64,000 nt of DNA from Dudresnaya verticillata (Eukaryota). Below, piece after piece: positions 12,493 through 22,907 of this stretch; position 1 is the stretch's first letter, and each line of letters begins with the position of its first letter. The stretch lies in assembly GCA_977862235.1 (NCBI GenBank), contig OZ374564.1, positions 1,054,001-1,118,000 on the forward strand. The letters run 5' to 3'. The notes beneath the pieces are model-generated. The model worked only from the letters and a program-made list of their open reading frames with translations, had not been told where the DNA came from and made no database searches. A program made the position numbers and the translations under genes.

Positions 12493-14798
12493 CTACGCCT
12501 TTTTCGTCGCAGACGGCTCAAGTGGGGCATCATCCCCGACGCCATTGGCGGATTCTCTTAACGCCTCTTCGTAGAGGTCGTCTTCCGTCACCGACGGTGC
12601 GCTCGCAGCAGGGACAGGAACGGACCGCAAGGGACCCGCCACAACCACCGCTGTCGAAGTCGCAACATCCGCCGCTGGCGACGCACCTGTCTCACAATCC
12701 GCCTTAGGCGACGTCTGTTCGTCAACCGCCATAGGCGCAACATTAGAGTCATTATCCGCCTTAGGCGCTACAACAGGAAGCTCACTCGCCTTCGGCGGCG
12801 GAGCATCCTCAACCGCCTTGGGCGAAGTCGACGGCCCCGGCACCTCCGGTGACGGGACCGCATTAACCGCCAAAGGCGTTGAACGATCAACATCCGTCAC
12901 CGACGAAGAGGCCACTGGAGCCTGCGGATCCGCCGTAGGCGCTGCCACCGCACTCGCCTTTGGCGGACTTTTGCTAACAACGTCAGTGGACGCAATGGTG
13001 GACGAACCCACACAACCAGCCTTAGGCGACAAAGGCTTTTTCGCCACTCCGTCATTAGACGCCGCACCTTCGTCGTTAGACGGAACAGTCGCAACCACGG
13101 TCGACGCCGGAACCGCAGCAACGCGGGGCTGCAGAGCAGCCAGCAGCGAGTGACCGAGGGGCGTCGTGGACGATCCGCCAGACCCGTCAGTGACGACACC
13201 GGTGGCTTGCAAGAATGCGAGCACCGTGCGGCGCTGCTCCTCAGTCCACTCGGGCACTACAGGAGGGCAATTCGCACCGTCAGCGACGTTGGACAAGCCG
13301 CCTTGAGGCGTAACTGCAGACACAGAACTCGCCACGGGCGCGACCATAATGGCATCACCATCACCGTCATTGACGGGCGCCGAAAGGTCCAATGGCGCAA
13401 CCGACGGCAAGCCAACAGGCGCAACAGCCGACGATCCTACCGCCACTGGCGAAGCCGTCGTGGGAGCTTTCGCCCCCGCAGTAAGCTCAACCGCCATAGG
13501 CGTAATGACGTCCGTCCCAGACGGGTTAACCGGTCCGCTGTTAGCGTGGAACGCATCCTCCTCCGCCATCAAGGTGCTCAAGTGGGGTGGGAAATCCCCC
13601 GCAAAGTCGCAATTCTTGCGCAACCCACGTGGGTGGTTCGCTGGGGTGAAGCGGTCCGTACGACGATGACTCTCAGCGATGTTCTCCGTCGTAAGACGTT
13701 TGGTCCACGGGTTGTACCACACCCAATCGCCGCAGGCGGCATGATTTCTACTCATCGCGTAACGCGGACGGTTTGCCTTACGGCGCCGGTTCCCCGGCGG
13801 CACAGCTGCCGGGTCGTCCCAGTTGACGTTATCCGCCACATGGCGTAAATCCCAGAACTCTTGGCAGTTCCTGGCACCACCCAGCACTTCGGTCAAGTCA
13901 AGCCCACCAAGGAGGCTGACTACGCGTGGCGGCACATAATAGAGTCGGAAGGTGTCATACACCTCCCACATCCATGCGTAAGTTACGTTGACGACCCACT
14001 CGGTGAAAAGACGATCCAACATCGGGAGTACGGATCCGTCCGCAACTCGGAGCCAATATACGTGACACACGGAGGCAATTCAGCCGCAAAGCCCTCGTAG
14101 ACCTCAAAGTCCCGCCACATCGGCGGGACGCGAATGAAGCAATGCGGCAACTTTTCCCGCTCAATGCGATCGACCTGCGTATCTTGATACGGTACAAAAA
14201 CGCCTTTGCGGCGGCGCGTTTCGCACTCCCAACGGACGCAGCGCTCCCAATAGAAGGTGCCCGTCCTATGCAAGTATCGGAAATCCGCTTTCAAGCGTAC
14301 AACAAGGAGGCTAGCCTCCTGAAGCACCCGCGGCTCAGCCGAAACAGCCACATGGCTTAACGAAAACGTCCCAAGACGGTCCCCATAACCCACCTCGCCA
14401 TTTTTGCGGTACTGCCCTGCGTCAAATTCAAAGACGGTGGGCGTCAATACCGACCCCGGATAGCGGGTAAACCGCCGATACACGTCAACGACGAAACGCG
14501 CATGTGCATCTGCACGCATCTGGCCAGCGGCAATACGCAGCCAACCCCGCGGAATGGCGCACCGGTGGCGCCACTCGTTCGTCCACACGACGGCCAGGGG
14601 CAACTCCCCTGGCAAAAATCCGCTCACAGCGTAATGGGTGATGAGATCCTCGTGTCGCAGGGCCTCCTGGTCGAACCAGGGGGCCCGCGAGAACAATCGC
14701 GCATCGTTGCGGGGCGTCCTCCCGACGAAGTCGAAGGGGGACGGATACACCGGCGCCGCCGAAGGCGCAGCCACTTGCAGGCCATTGAACTGCGCCAT
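12493..14798 (-). CDS. Gypsy-A antisense accessory ORF of unknown function (about 770 aa if a single frameshift near 14010 is corrected)
   Basis: Overlapping ORFs 13983..14798 and 12493..14070 lie between the chromodomain and the 3' LTR. The N-terminal half is Trp/Tyr-rich and the C-terminal half is Pro/Ala/Ser/Val low complexity. Confidence 0.7.
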
Positions 14799-15248
14799 TA
14801 CGTCTGAGACGTTGAGTAATCACACGCCACTGGCGGACTTCACACGATACGTCAACGACGGTCTCGGACTCCGCAGTGGAGTCAACTACGCCAAAGGCGG
14901 AAGCAAACAAGGCACACGTCAACGACGCTGGACTGAACAACGCCGAAGGCGGACCTCAAAGAAACGCCCTAGGCGATGAGCGCACGCACGCGTGCACAAG
15001 ATACGACGTCAACGACGGTTCCACGCACGCCACTGGCGAAGTTAGTCAACAACACGCCTTCGACGGGAGTTGTTGCTGCGCCAACGGCGGGTGGACAACT
15101 GAACGTGCGTCTTTGACGGGGCTCAACCAACGCCAAGGGCGGGCAAACGCAGGCGCGAAGACGCGGGTGACCGACACGATCGGCACTGGAAGAGACGCAG
15201 ACGCGGGAAGGCAGGCAGGCTGAAGCAGGTTGACGTGTTTGCGTTTTC

Positions 15249-15256
15249 GGAGGGGG
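15249..15256 (+). promoter_or_regulatory. Polypurine tract of Gypsy-A
   Basis: GGAGGGGG ending 3 nt before the 3' LTR. Confidence 0.7.
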
Positions 15257-15259
15257 TCG

Positions 15260-16173
15260 TGTAGTGCCAGGGGGGTCCCCCGTTTCCGCTTTCAAGCGTT
15301 GATATGCAGCGTCTACCGACGGACGACCGCCAACGGCGCGCTCAACCCGCCCGCGGCGCAAACACGTCACCGACGCATGCCGCTGGCCACTTGGGCCAGA
15401 ACGGCTCGCTGGGCGTGCAGACCGCACACCTGAACCCGGCCACTGTACGGCGCCACGCGTGCGCGCGTGGCGCAGTGGCGGGAACGTTCGCTGTAAGCGT
15501 GGCCCGAATCCGGATCCAATCGGGATCCCACATCGGGATCCCACATCGGGATTAAGGGGTGTAAGGCACGCGCCTGTAAGCCTGGCGCATCCGCATCGCT
15601 GGCCCGAATCCGGACTGGATCGGGATCGGTACGGATCGAGATCGCTCGCGCCAGGCGCATGCGGCTGTAAGGAAAGGATCCACGTGTGAGTGTAAGGATT
15701 CGAGCGGGGAAGCTACGCGTGATCTGTCAGGAGCGCGGCTGCATGACGGACGGATCTGTCAGACGCGCCTCGGGACAACACGTGTCCCGAGTTCCCGCGT
15801 TACGCGTACATCCGCGTCGCCGCCGCTAGGTAATCCTGTACTTAGTTGATCAGTCTCCGACGTCACAGTAAACCCCGGCAAGCCGGCCTTGGTCCAGACT
15901 TCCCCGTTCCGCACGCGCGTACCCTACCGCTGCCTACGGCTAAGCGTCTACCTCCCGTGCTTCCACGTCTACCATCGTCCTTGACGTGTTTCCTTTCTGT
16001 TTACTTTTCCTTTCCTTCCCACTTTCCGCCTCGGGCGTTTACAGTCCCCCCAAGGCGTGTTCCTTTGCTCTACCAACAAGTCGCCCACAGCGGGATCACC
16101 CATCGCCAGGGGCGCAGCTACCCACGGAGCCCCGAACTGCTCGGCAGTGCCCGTCAACGACGTTTGCACTACA
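15260..16173 (+). repeat. Gypsy-A 3' LTR
   Basis: Direct repeat of 2947-3861, followed by TSD CATGG. Confidence 0.97.
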
Positions 16174-16767
16174 CATGGGAGCAATTGGTGAGTTCCTGAT
16201 CGGTGGTGACACACGTCTGTCGTCCTCTTGTAATTAGGCATTTACTACCTGCTCTGGTCGTGAACCTCGTCCTGCAGGCTCTTGTAGTGAGACATGTCTT
16301 TCCTGATGTGGTAGTGACACATGTCGGTGCTGCTGCTGTGTTCTGCCATTTACACCACTAGCGGGAGTGCGTAATGGTGGAGAGGCGCCGGCCTGGTGTT
16401 CACCCTCTCCATTCCCACCTCCACTTGGTTGTGCCCCCTCTGCCATGTTATGTCCCCATAAAATCATTGTAGCAGCCTGCTCAGAACGATCGTCTCCAGT
16501 ATCATTTGGAGGAAACGATTTAGCGTATATTGGCAGCGGAAGAGTTCCCAGCTTACCATTGTCGTGCGCAGCACGCTCTAGCACTCCGGCCATGTGTATG
16601 AGGGCATTTAATGTGGCGGAAACATACTGCACCTCACTTTTGTTGTGCGTCTGAGATATGCTTAGCAGGCGACTCGCACACGCTCCTGCTTGCTGTGACG
16701 CTGAAGACATGGCTGCGTGGGGGGAGGAAAAGGGTGGAGAGGATAAAAAGTAGAGGAGGACAGACAT
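16174..16767 (-). pseudogene. 5' segment of the uncharacterised split gene
   Basis: The 177-aa ORF continues past a TAA (16234-16236) as LQEDDRRVSPPIRNSPIAPM and then, with Gypsy-A removed, as SRVNAPT in the same frame. Confidence 0.6.
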
Positions 16768-17783
16768 GCAAAGGACAGATTTGGCTGAGAGGGAATGGAT
16801 GACATGAAAGGGCTCCTGGGGACTACTTGTGGCAATATTGTTGATAGTGTTAACGAATATACGGATTGGTGTCGAGAATCTCTTCTGTGATTTAATTGGC
16901 TTAGGGAGGCCGTTAACGGCCTCCGGGGGTCGACTGGCGGCTAGGAGGGGTTGACTGTCGGCCGATGGAGGCCGTTAACGGCTACCCTCAGCCAATGATA
17001 GTCACGGACGCTAGGTCATATATGTCTCTACAACCCGCCGATCTGGGAGGTTATGAGGACCTGGTGGTGCTTCCCAGAGTCATTTCGCTCTTCGATTTTG
17101 GTCTTAGGTTGTCCCGGTACGCTCTCTTACTTTAATGATGCACTGTTTCTAGGCGCCGACATGGCTATCAGATGATTGCGCTAACTCCTATCTCCGCAAA
17201 CTTCCAAAGGTTTACGAAGACGGCACCGCCGGCACAACGAAGGACGCAACTGCCCGTTTCTGTCAGCTTCTCTCATTACAGTACGGTTGTGGGTGACGCC
17301 GCCAGCCAGGTGGCGGCATAAGCTTATTGTAATGTCCCTAGCGTCATTTACTCGACGTGCCCCACACGCTGAGCACTGCCGGCGTAACGGTCACGCATAA
17401 CGCCAGCAGTTCACTGTCATCCAGCTTTGCCATTCCACCAGCCCTCCGGTGCTGCCTTACACCTTCCTTTCTATTTCCGTAACTCCGGCCACCCTTGCGA
17501 TACCTACGGCCTCCGCAGTTTCCAAGGTTCCACCCAGGGTGTGGCGGGCCTCCCCCGCCTTATTCAGAGTAAATCGTTCTCAAAGTTTTTCCACGTCAGC
17601 TCGCCCTCTACCAGTACCGGCCACGCCTCCACCAGGCATTGGAGTCTACCCATTTTGAAGATGCGGCCAAACTTCCCCTCGGCGCTGCCCAACTTTCCAG
17701 GAGAGCAGACCACGGGAAACGTTGACGCAACTAACCGTGATACTGAGGGGGATTGCCCATTGCACAAGCCATAGGTGGGAGCA

Positions 17784-18761
17784 ATGAACGGGGGCTCGAG
17801 CCGAGTCATCTACGGACAGTGGGAACTTCGCGAAAAGCTCGGCACGGGCGGCTTTGGCTCTGTCTATCGTGCCGCACATGTCCGCACCGGCGAAGCTGTT
17901 GCTGTCAAGATTGCGCATGGCAAGCATGGCGACGAGGTTCTTCGCGGCGAGCACCACGTGTATTCCGGATTGCGTAACACTGCCACCGAGATTGTTGGAG
18001 TACCACGAGCTTTCTACTTTGGTCGCGACTTAGACGAGACCGTTCTCGTCATGGACCTACTAGGAAAGTCACTGGAGCGCACTATGGTCGACATCGGTGA
18101 CCGCCTTTCTTTGAAAACCACTCTCATGGTCGGCATTCAGATGCTGCGACGCTTGCAGCTTGTCCATCACAAGGGCTTCATTCATCGCGATGTCAAACCT
18201 GACAACATGATCGTGGGCAGAACCGACAAGGATCGTGTCTACCTAGTTGATTTTGGTGTCACTAAGAAGTATCGAGATTACAACTCCAGAAAACAAGTCG
18301 CACCGGAGCAGGCTCGCACGATTGTCGGAAGCGTCATGTACATTTCACTGAACGCCCACAAGGGTGTTGAGCATGCGCGAAGAGACGACCTAGAGTCGCT
18401 TGGCTACAGTCTTGTCTATCTCTACAAGGGAAGTTTGCCATGGCAGGAGTTTCGTGTTCTGCTGCTCCCTTGGCAGAATGCCCGCGCCTTCTCTGAATGG
18501 CGATTGTACACTATGATTTACAATAAGAAGAAAAAGACAGCCGTTGAGAAGTTATGTGAGGGCATGCCCTCGCAAATGGTCGACTACTTCAACTATGTAC
18601 GTGCCCTGCGCTTTGATGAAAGACCCGACTACTCAAAGCTGAGAGCCTTGCTGCGACAAGCGATGAAGGAATATAATCTCAGAGAGGACCGAGTCTTTGA
18701 CTGGATGGAGAAAGGCAAGTTGGGAAAAGGAAGACATCGGCGACGGAAGAATACCAGTTGA
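17784..18761 (+). CDS. Casein kinase 1 family Ser/Thr protein kinase, intronless
   Basis: Motifs LGTGGFGSVY, VAVK, HRDVKPDN, DFG, SLNAHKG..ARRDDLESLGY, LPWQ and PDYSKLR. The SxN motif in place of APE is typical of CK1. Confidence 0.93.
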   Translation: MNGGSSRVIYGQWELREKLGTGGFGSVYRAAHVRTGEAVAVKIAHGKHGDEVLRGEHHVYSGLRNTATEIVGVPRAFYFGRDLDETVLVMDLLGKSLERTMVDIGDRLSLKTTLMVGIQMLRRLQLVHHKGFIHRDVKPDNMIVGRTDKDRVYLVDFGVTKKYRDYNSRKQVAPEQARTIVGSVMYISLNAHKGVEHARRDDLESLGYSLVYLYKGSLPWQEFRVLLLPWQNARAFSEWRLYTMIYNKKKKTAVEKLCEGMPSQMVDYFNYVRALRFDERPDYSKLRALLRQAMKEYNLREDRVFDWMEKGKLGKGRHRRRKNTS

Positions 18762-21709
18762 AACAAAGGCACCTATACATGTATACTAGTCTAGTTTAGG
18801 GTGGTACAGGGAAGCTCAGTGGAGTTCAGCGTGAACTGGTATGTTCTCATCGGGCAGATGAGATTGGAAGTCTGAAAATGCACGCGGACGGGCTTAACTC
18901 CCGAGACTCAAGGATCGATTCTAGCCTGTTTCAAGCGTACTGCGGAAATATGGTTCGCTGCGCTGCGTGCCGCGTTTCCGTCCCGTGATACACAATACGC
19001 TACCAAATCCATGACACGGCTGGCCGTGAGATCTTGTCAATTCCAGCAGTGGCCTTAAACGCGAACTATGCAATGACTACGTAGCCATGTCTAGCAACGC
19101 AGCTAGCAGCGAATTGATGTGCTTTCTACTTCGGGAACAACAACCTTGGCATGGCGCTAAGTCGAGAGAAATTCACCTCTTCGACGTGGGGGCAGAACGT
19201 CACTTTCCTTCTTCTGTGGTGGGACTTCTCGAGCCTGTCACGCGCATGTCCGGCTAGGACGGTCCCAGGAGTCGCAAGATAGGCTGAAGACCAGCACGCA
19301 AAGACGAACACTGTGTGAGCAAATCGCCGTGGAGAACAACCAAGTCATATAGATCAACCCAAGCAGCGGGCGAAATTGTAGCATACTTTAGGAGTTGTTC
19401 GGCATGGGACTGGATACAACTGTAGCACTCCCAAGGATGTCTGAATGTGGAAGACGATGCTGCCTAAAAGTAGAGTGCACCCTCCGTTAAGGGGGCTTGA
19501 ATGGTACGGGCATAGCCCACGTCGGCGAGCAAACCGACACACAGGTTCAGGATATCCATTCCTGGTGTCTTGTGCAGTCTGGCTCGGCAAAGCTTTCGCC
19601 GCGCCCGGAGTTCGGCTTGTCTCCATATGGGTGTGAACTGAGCTCTTGCGCTCTCGTCCGACGAAAGACTAGGTCAAGAATCGTGAGATCCTCTCTACAA
19701 TGGCATCTGCTCCTCGAAGGGCAGGGGCAAGGGCTTCGATCTGTTCTTGCAAGCCCTTGGACAATCCGACCAATGGATACCATTCAAAGGCGTGGCAGAC
19801 TTGAGCTCTTCTACGAAAGTCCATGACACTGACTTCGCGACGTTCATGGCAGCACTGTTCAACGTGGCGTCATTTAGCAGTGGCTTGAAAGGGGAACGAA
19901 GTTGACTCTGGCGCAACTGCAGGAGTACATTGTATCCGATCAGAACCAGCACAGTGTCCGGGGAAGGGCAGTCGTGACTTGCGTGCTCAGAGCTTACGAG
20001 TCCCAAGTCAGCGTCATGCATTGTGCAGCCGTTGACGGCAAGCGCAACGTTTGGCGGAGCAAAATCAGCAACGGCTTCGGATACGTGGGGAGGGTGGGCC
20101 ATGCTTGCACAGCTGCAGCACCCCCGAAAAAAAAAAAAAAATCCACGTCATGGAATGCCATCGACTTAATTCTGAAACGTCACGGCGACTGACCCGCTCT
20201 TCTCAAGAACCAAACAGCTCTCCGCGCTTGCAAACTACACGGCGTCCGGGTGGGTACTTAAGCCACCAGCAACCATGCGCGCGGTTGCCTCTTTGGACTC
20301 AAGCACTCGACTCTCACCCACACGATATCCAAGCAACAATCACACTTTCGCTGAATAGCCATGACGAAATCGTTCTCATCCTTCACTGCAGCCGTGATGC
20401 TGCTCAAGCGCGCCGCCCGCAAACAGGCGCAGGCCACAGGAGGCAAGCCGGCGGGAGAGAGGCATTGGCACTGACATGTGGCAGCAGGTGTTGAGGCTTT
20501 TGTACTTCGTCCGTGACGACTGCGGTCGACATCCAAAGGCCTGCGCACCATGCACTTGTTGAACTGTTTTCGGGCTTTTTGAGATCCCGTGATGATGCCG
20601 TGCCATGCTGCACGCGCTTCTCCAAAAGGCAACCATAGATTCCCAAGAAGGTAGGCCTGGACTCCTCACGGTTGGTGCAATATGGATGGCTTCGCTGGAT
20701 ACAAAGGCAATGTCTGTCCCGTCAATGGAGATAGCGCATTGCCTATGTCAACGCTACAAGAGCAATAGTTGGGCCTGTCTCTCATGTACACACGTAAGCT
20801 TTTTAAAACGAACCTTTTGGGCGATAACCATGTGGAACAGAACGAACGCATGTTCAAACTCTCCAGGTAGGGGGAGAGTGCGTGTCACGCGTGTCCCGGC
20901 ACCACTTGGACATGTGGAGGATCTTAGACGAGTTTGAAACATAGAGCGGCACGTGCCAATACGCATCCGAAGAGATCTGCATGGCGAAGATGTTGTTCCT
21001 GTGCATGACGGCATCTCAAATCTCGCGGGCTTCTCTGGTGTGGTGGTGCGATGGTCCCATGCGTGACGGTCTCGGATCCAGAAGCATGTGGGTTGGCACG
21101 CATTCATCTCTCGATTACATACCGTAGAGGAGGCCTCCGAGTCACGGGAGGGACTCGTGGAGGGAGCGGCCGTATGTTTGGTAGTGTGCACTGGTTCGGC
21201 AGCGCGTGGCGCGGCGGCAATTCCGGGTTGTGCGTTGCATCGTGTTTAGGAAAACGGCTGAGCGGCCAGAGCGACGACACGGCGGCGCTCTGGAGCGATA
21301 TGTGTCGAGCTGGCTCGTTGTCAGTTCTCTCCTGCTCGCTACGACTCGAAGTCGTCCACGCGACGAAGGAAAGCAGAGGCGGAAATGAAAAAATGCCTCG
21401 TTGCGATGCACGCGTGGCCATGACGTGACTTGACAGGAACATGTTGCTGTACTGTGATTGGATCCCTTTTCGGCGTGTTCAAACCATCTCCACCCAGCAC
21501 TCGCCGCGAACGCGTCCACGCTCACCGGCTCACCCGCCGTGCGCCCGCCATGCCTCCATTCGGCACTCAAACGCCCGCAGTCCAACGGGGCAGTCCCGCC
21601 TGCCCCACCCCTCTTGAAGCACAAGGCGCCACAGGCATCGCGCCGCATCGCCGACTCTTTTCTGCGTCCCCTCGCATTGCAACCAACCCACTTTCGCCCC
21701 ACCGTCGAC

Positions 21710-22081
21710 ATGGTCCTGCGCACCTTCCTCCTCACGCTGCTCCTGCTCTGCGCGAGCACAGCAAGGGCATTTTCCCCGCTGCCAACGCCGTCGTCCTCGC
21801 CTCAGCCGGCCTTCTGTACGCCGCGGCTGGGCCGCGTCGCGGGCGCGTGCCAATGCCACCTTATCCGCATCAGGGCCATCTGGCTCTTCAAGCGCATCTC
21901 ATTTGAGGGCCAGATTCAACGCTGCAAGACCTCATTCGGAAAGCCCAAGGCCTGGAAGCGCGCCTGCAAGGTCTTCATCAATTCCAAGCGTCTCCGCAAG
22001 CGCAAGGCCATCAAGAGGCTCCGCTTCGTCGTCGACAACTGCCCTGGTCTCGGTATTTGCGACTTCTTCGTTAGAACTTAG
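21710..22081 (+). CDS. Small secreted, highly basic, Cys-rich protein (123 aa)
   Basis: Signal peptide MVLRTFLLTLLLLCASTARA, then a Pro/Ser linker, 7 Cys, and about 23 K/R against 3 D/E. Codons are strongly C/G-ending. Confidence 0.75.
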   Translation: MVLRTFLLTLLLLCASTARAFSPLPTPSSSPQPAFCTPRLGRVAGACQCHLIRIRAIWLFKRISFEGQIQRCKTSFGKPKAWKRACKVFINSKRLRKRKAIKRLRFVVDNCPGLGICDFFVRT

Positions 22082-22907
22082 ATTCGCGCTGCTGCTGCAC
22101 CTGCCACGCATTGTGCAACGTTTGCTTTGTTGCAGACAGTATTGTTGTTGGTTTGGCCGACAACGAATATCGCTCTGACTCTCTTACATGCCTCGTCCAG
22201 AAGCTCGTATTTGGTCAGGTCGTCCAGATTGGGACGGCCCCTCTGTTTCCAATCGTAAACGCCTCGGTGCACGGATACATACTTATGGTTTTTTCTCACC
22301 TGGCCTTGGTCCCCACATACGCTATGCTGCCAAGAGCTCACCGAATGACTTGGCCGTGATGAGCAGCCCGCAGACCGCGCAACTCGGAATAGAATTGCTG
22401 CGATCCCATTCCCAAACCTCGCCACAACAACTCATCCCATTCAATCGCCGTCCAAATCACAATTCGTTCAACGCCTTTGCCCGTTTCCCAACATCCTTGA
22501 TATGCATCAGCCGTCGCGCCATTCTTCAAGGAACACTGGTTTCTTACAACAACGTCTGTGTACCTGAAGTGCACCACAACACAAGAAGATGCATTCACAA
22601 CAAGGTTTTGCCTCACATGCGTGATGAGGCCCACCCTGGTACAGTGTTCATATTGCACTATGGCCATCCGCTACATGGCAGATGTCGGCCAGCTCAGTCG
22701 AGGGAGAGAATCATGGATAGATAAGTTCGAATTCATTGGAAGATGTGCGTCTGAAAGGATCGTGCAGTGAAGGCATCATTCCAAGAACGTCAGAGCACAC
22801 CCACGTGAGCTACCTCACTGATGAGGAACGACTGTACTGTGTTGTGCTGGTTCAAACGACTGGAATCCTGCCAATTCTAGCAAAACCGTTTCTCTAGTCC
22901 TGCCTCC

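Larger units (their letters stand above)
2947..16173 (+). mobile_element. Full-length Ty3/Gypsy chromovirus-type LTR retrotransposon (Gypsy-A), coding regions disrupted
   Basis: Paired ~915-bp LTRs (TGTAGTGC...GCACTACA), TSD CATGG (2942-2946, 16174-16178), PBS, PPT, and domain order gag-PR-RT-RH-INT-chromodomain. Confidence 0.97.

Noticed and set aside
18800..21450. Many short overlapping ORFs between CK1 and the secreted protein
   Set aside because: No recognisable motifs or consistent frame, so no gene call can be supported.
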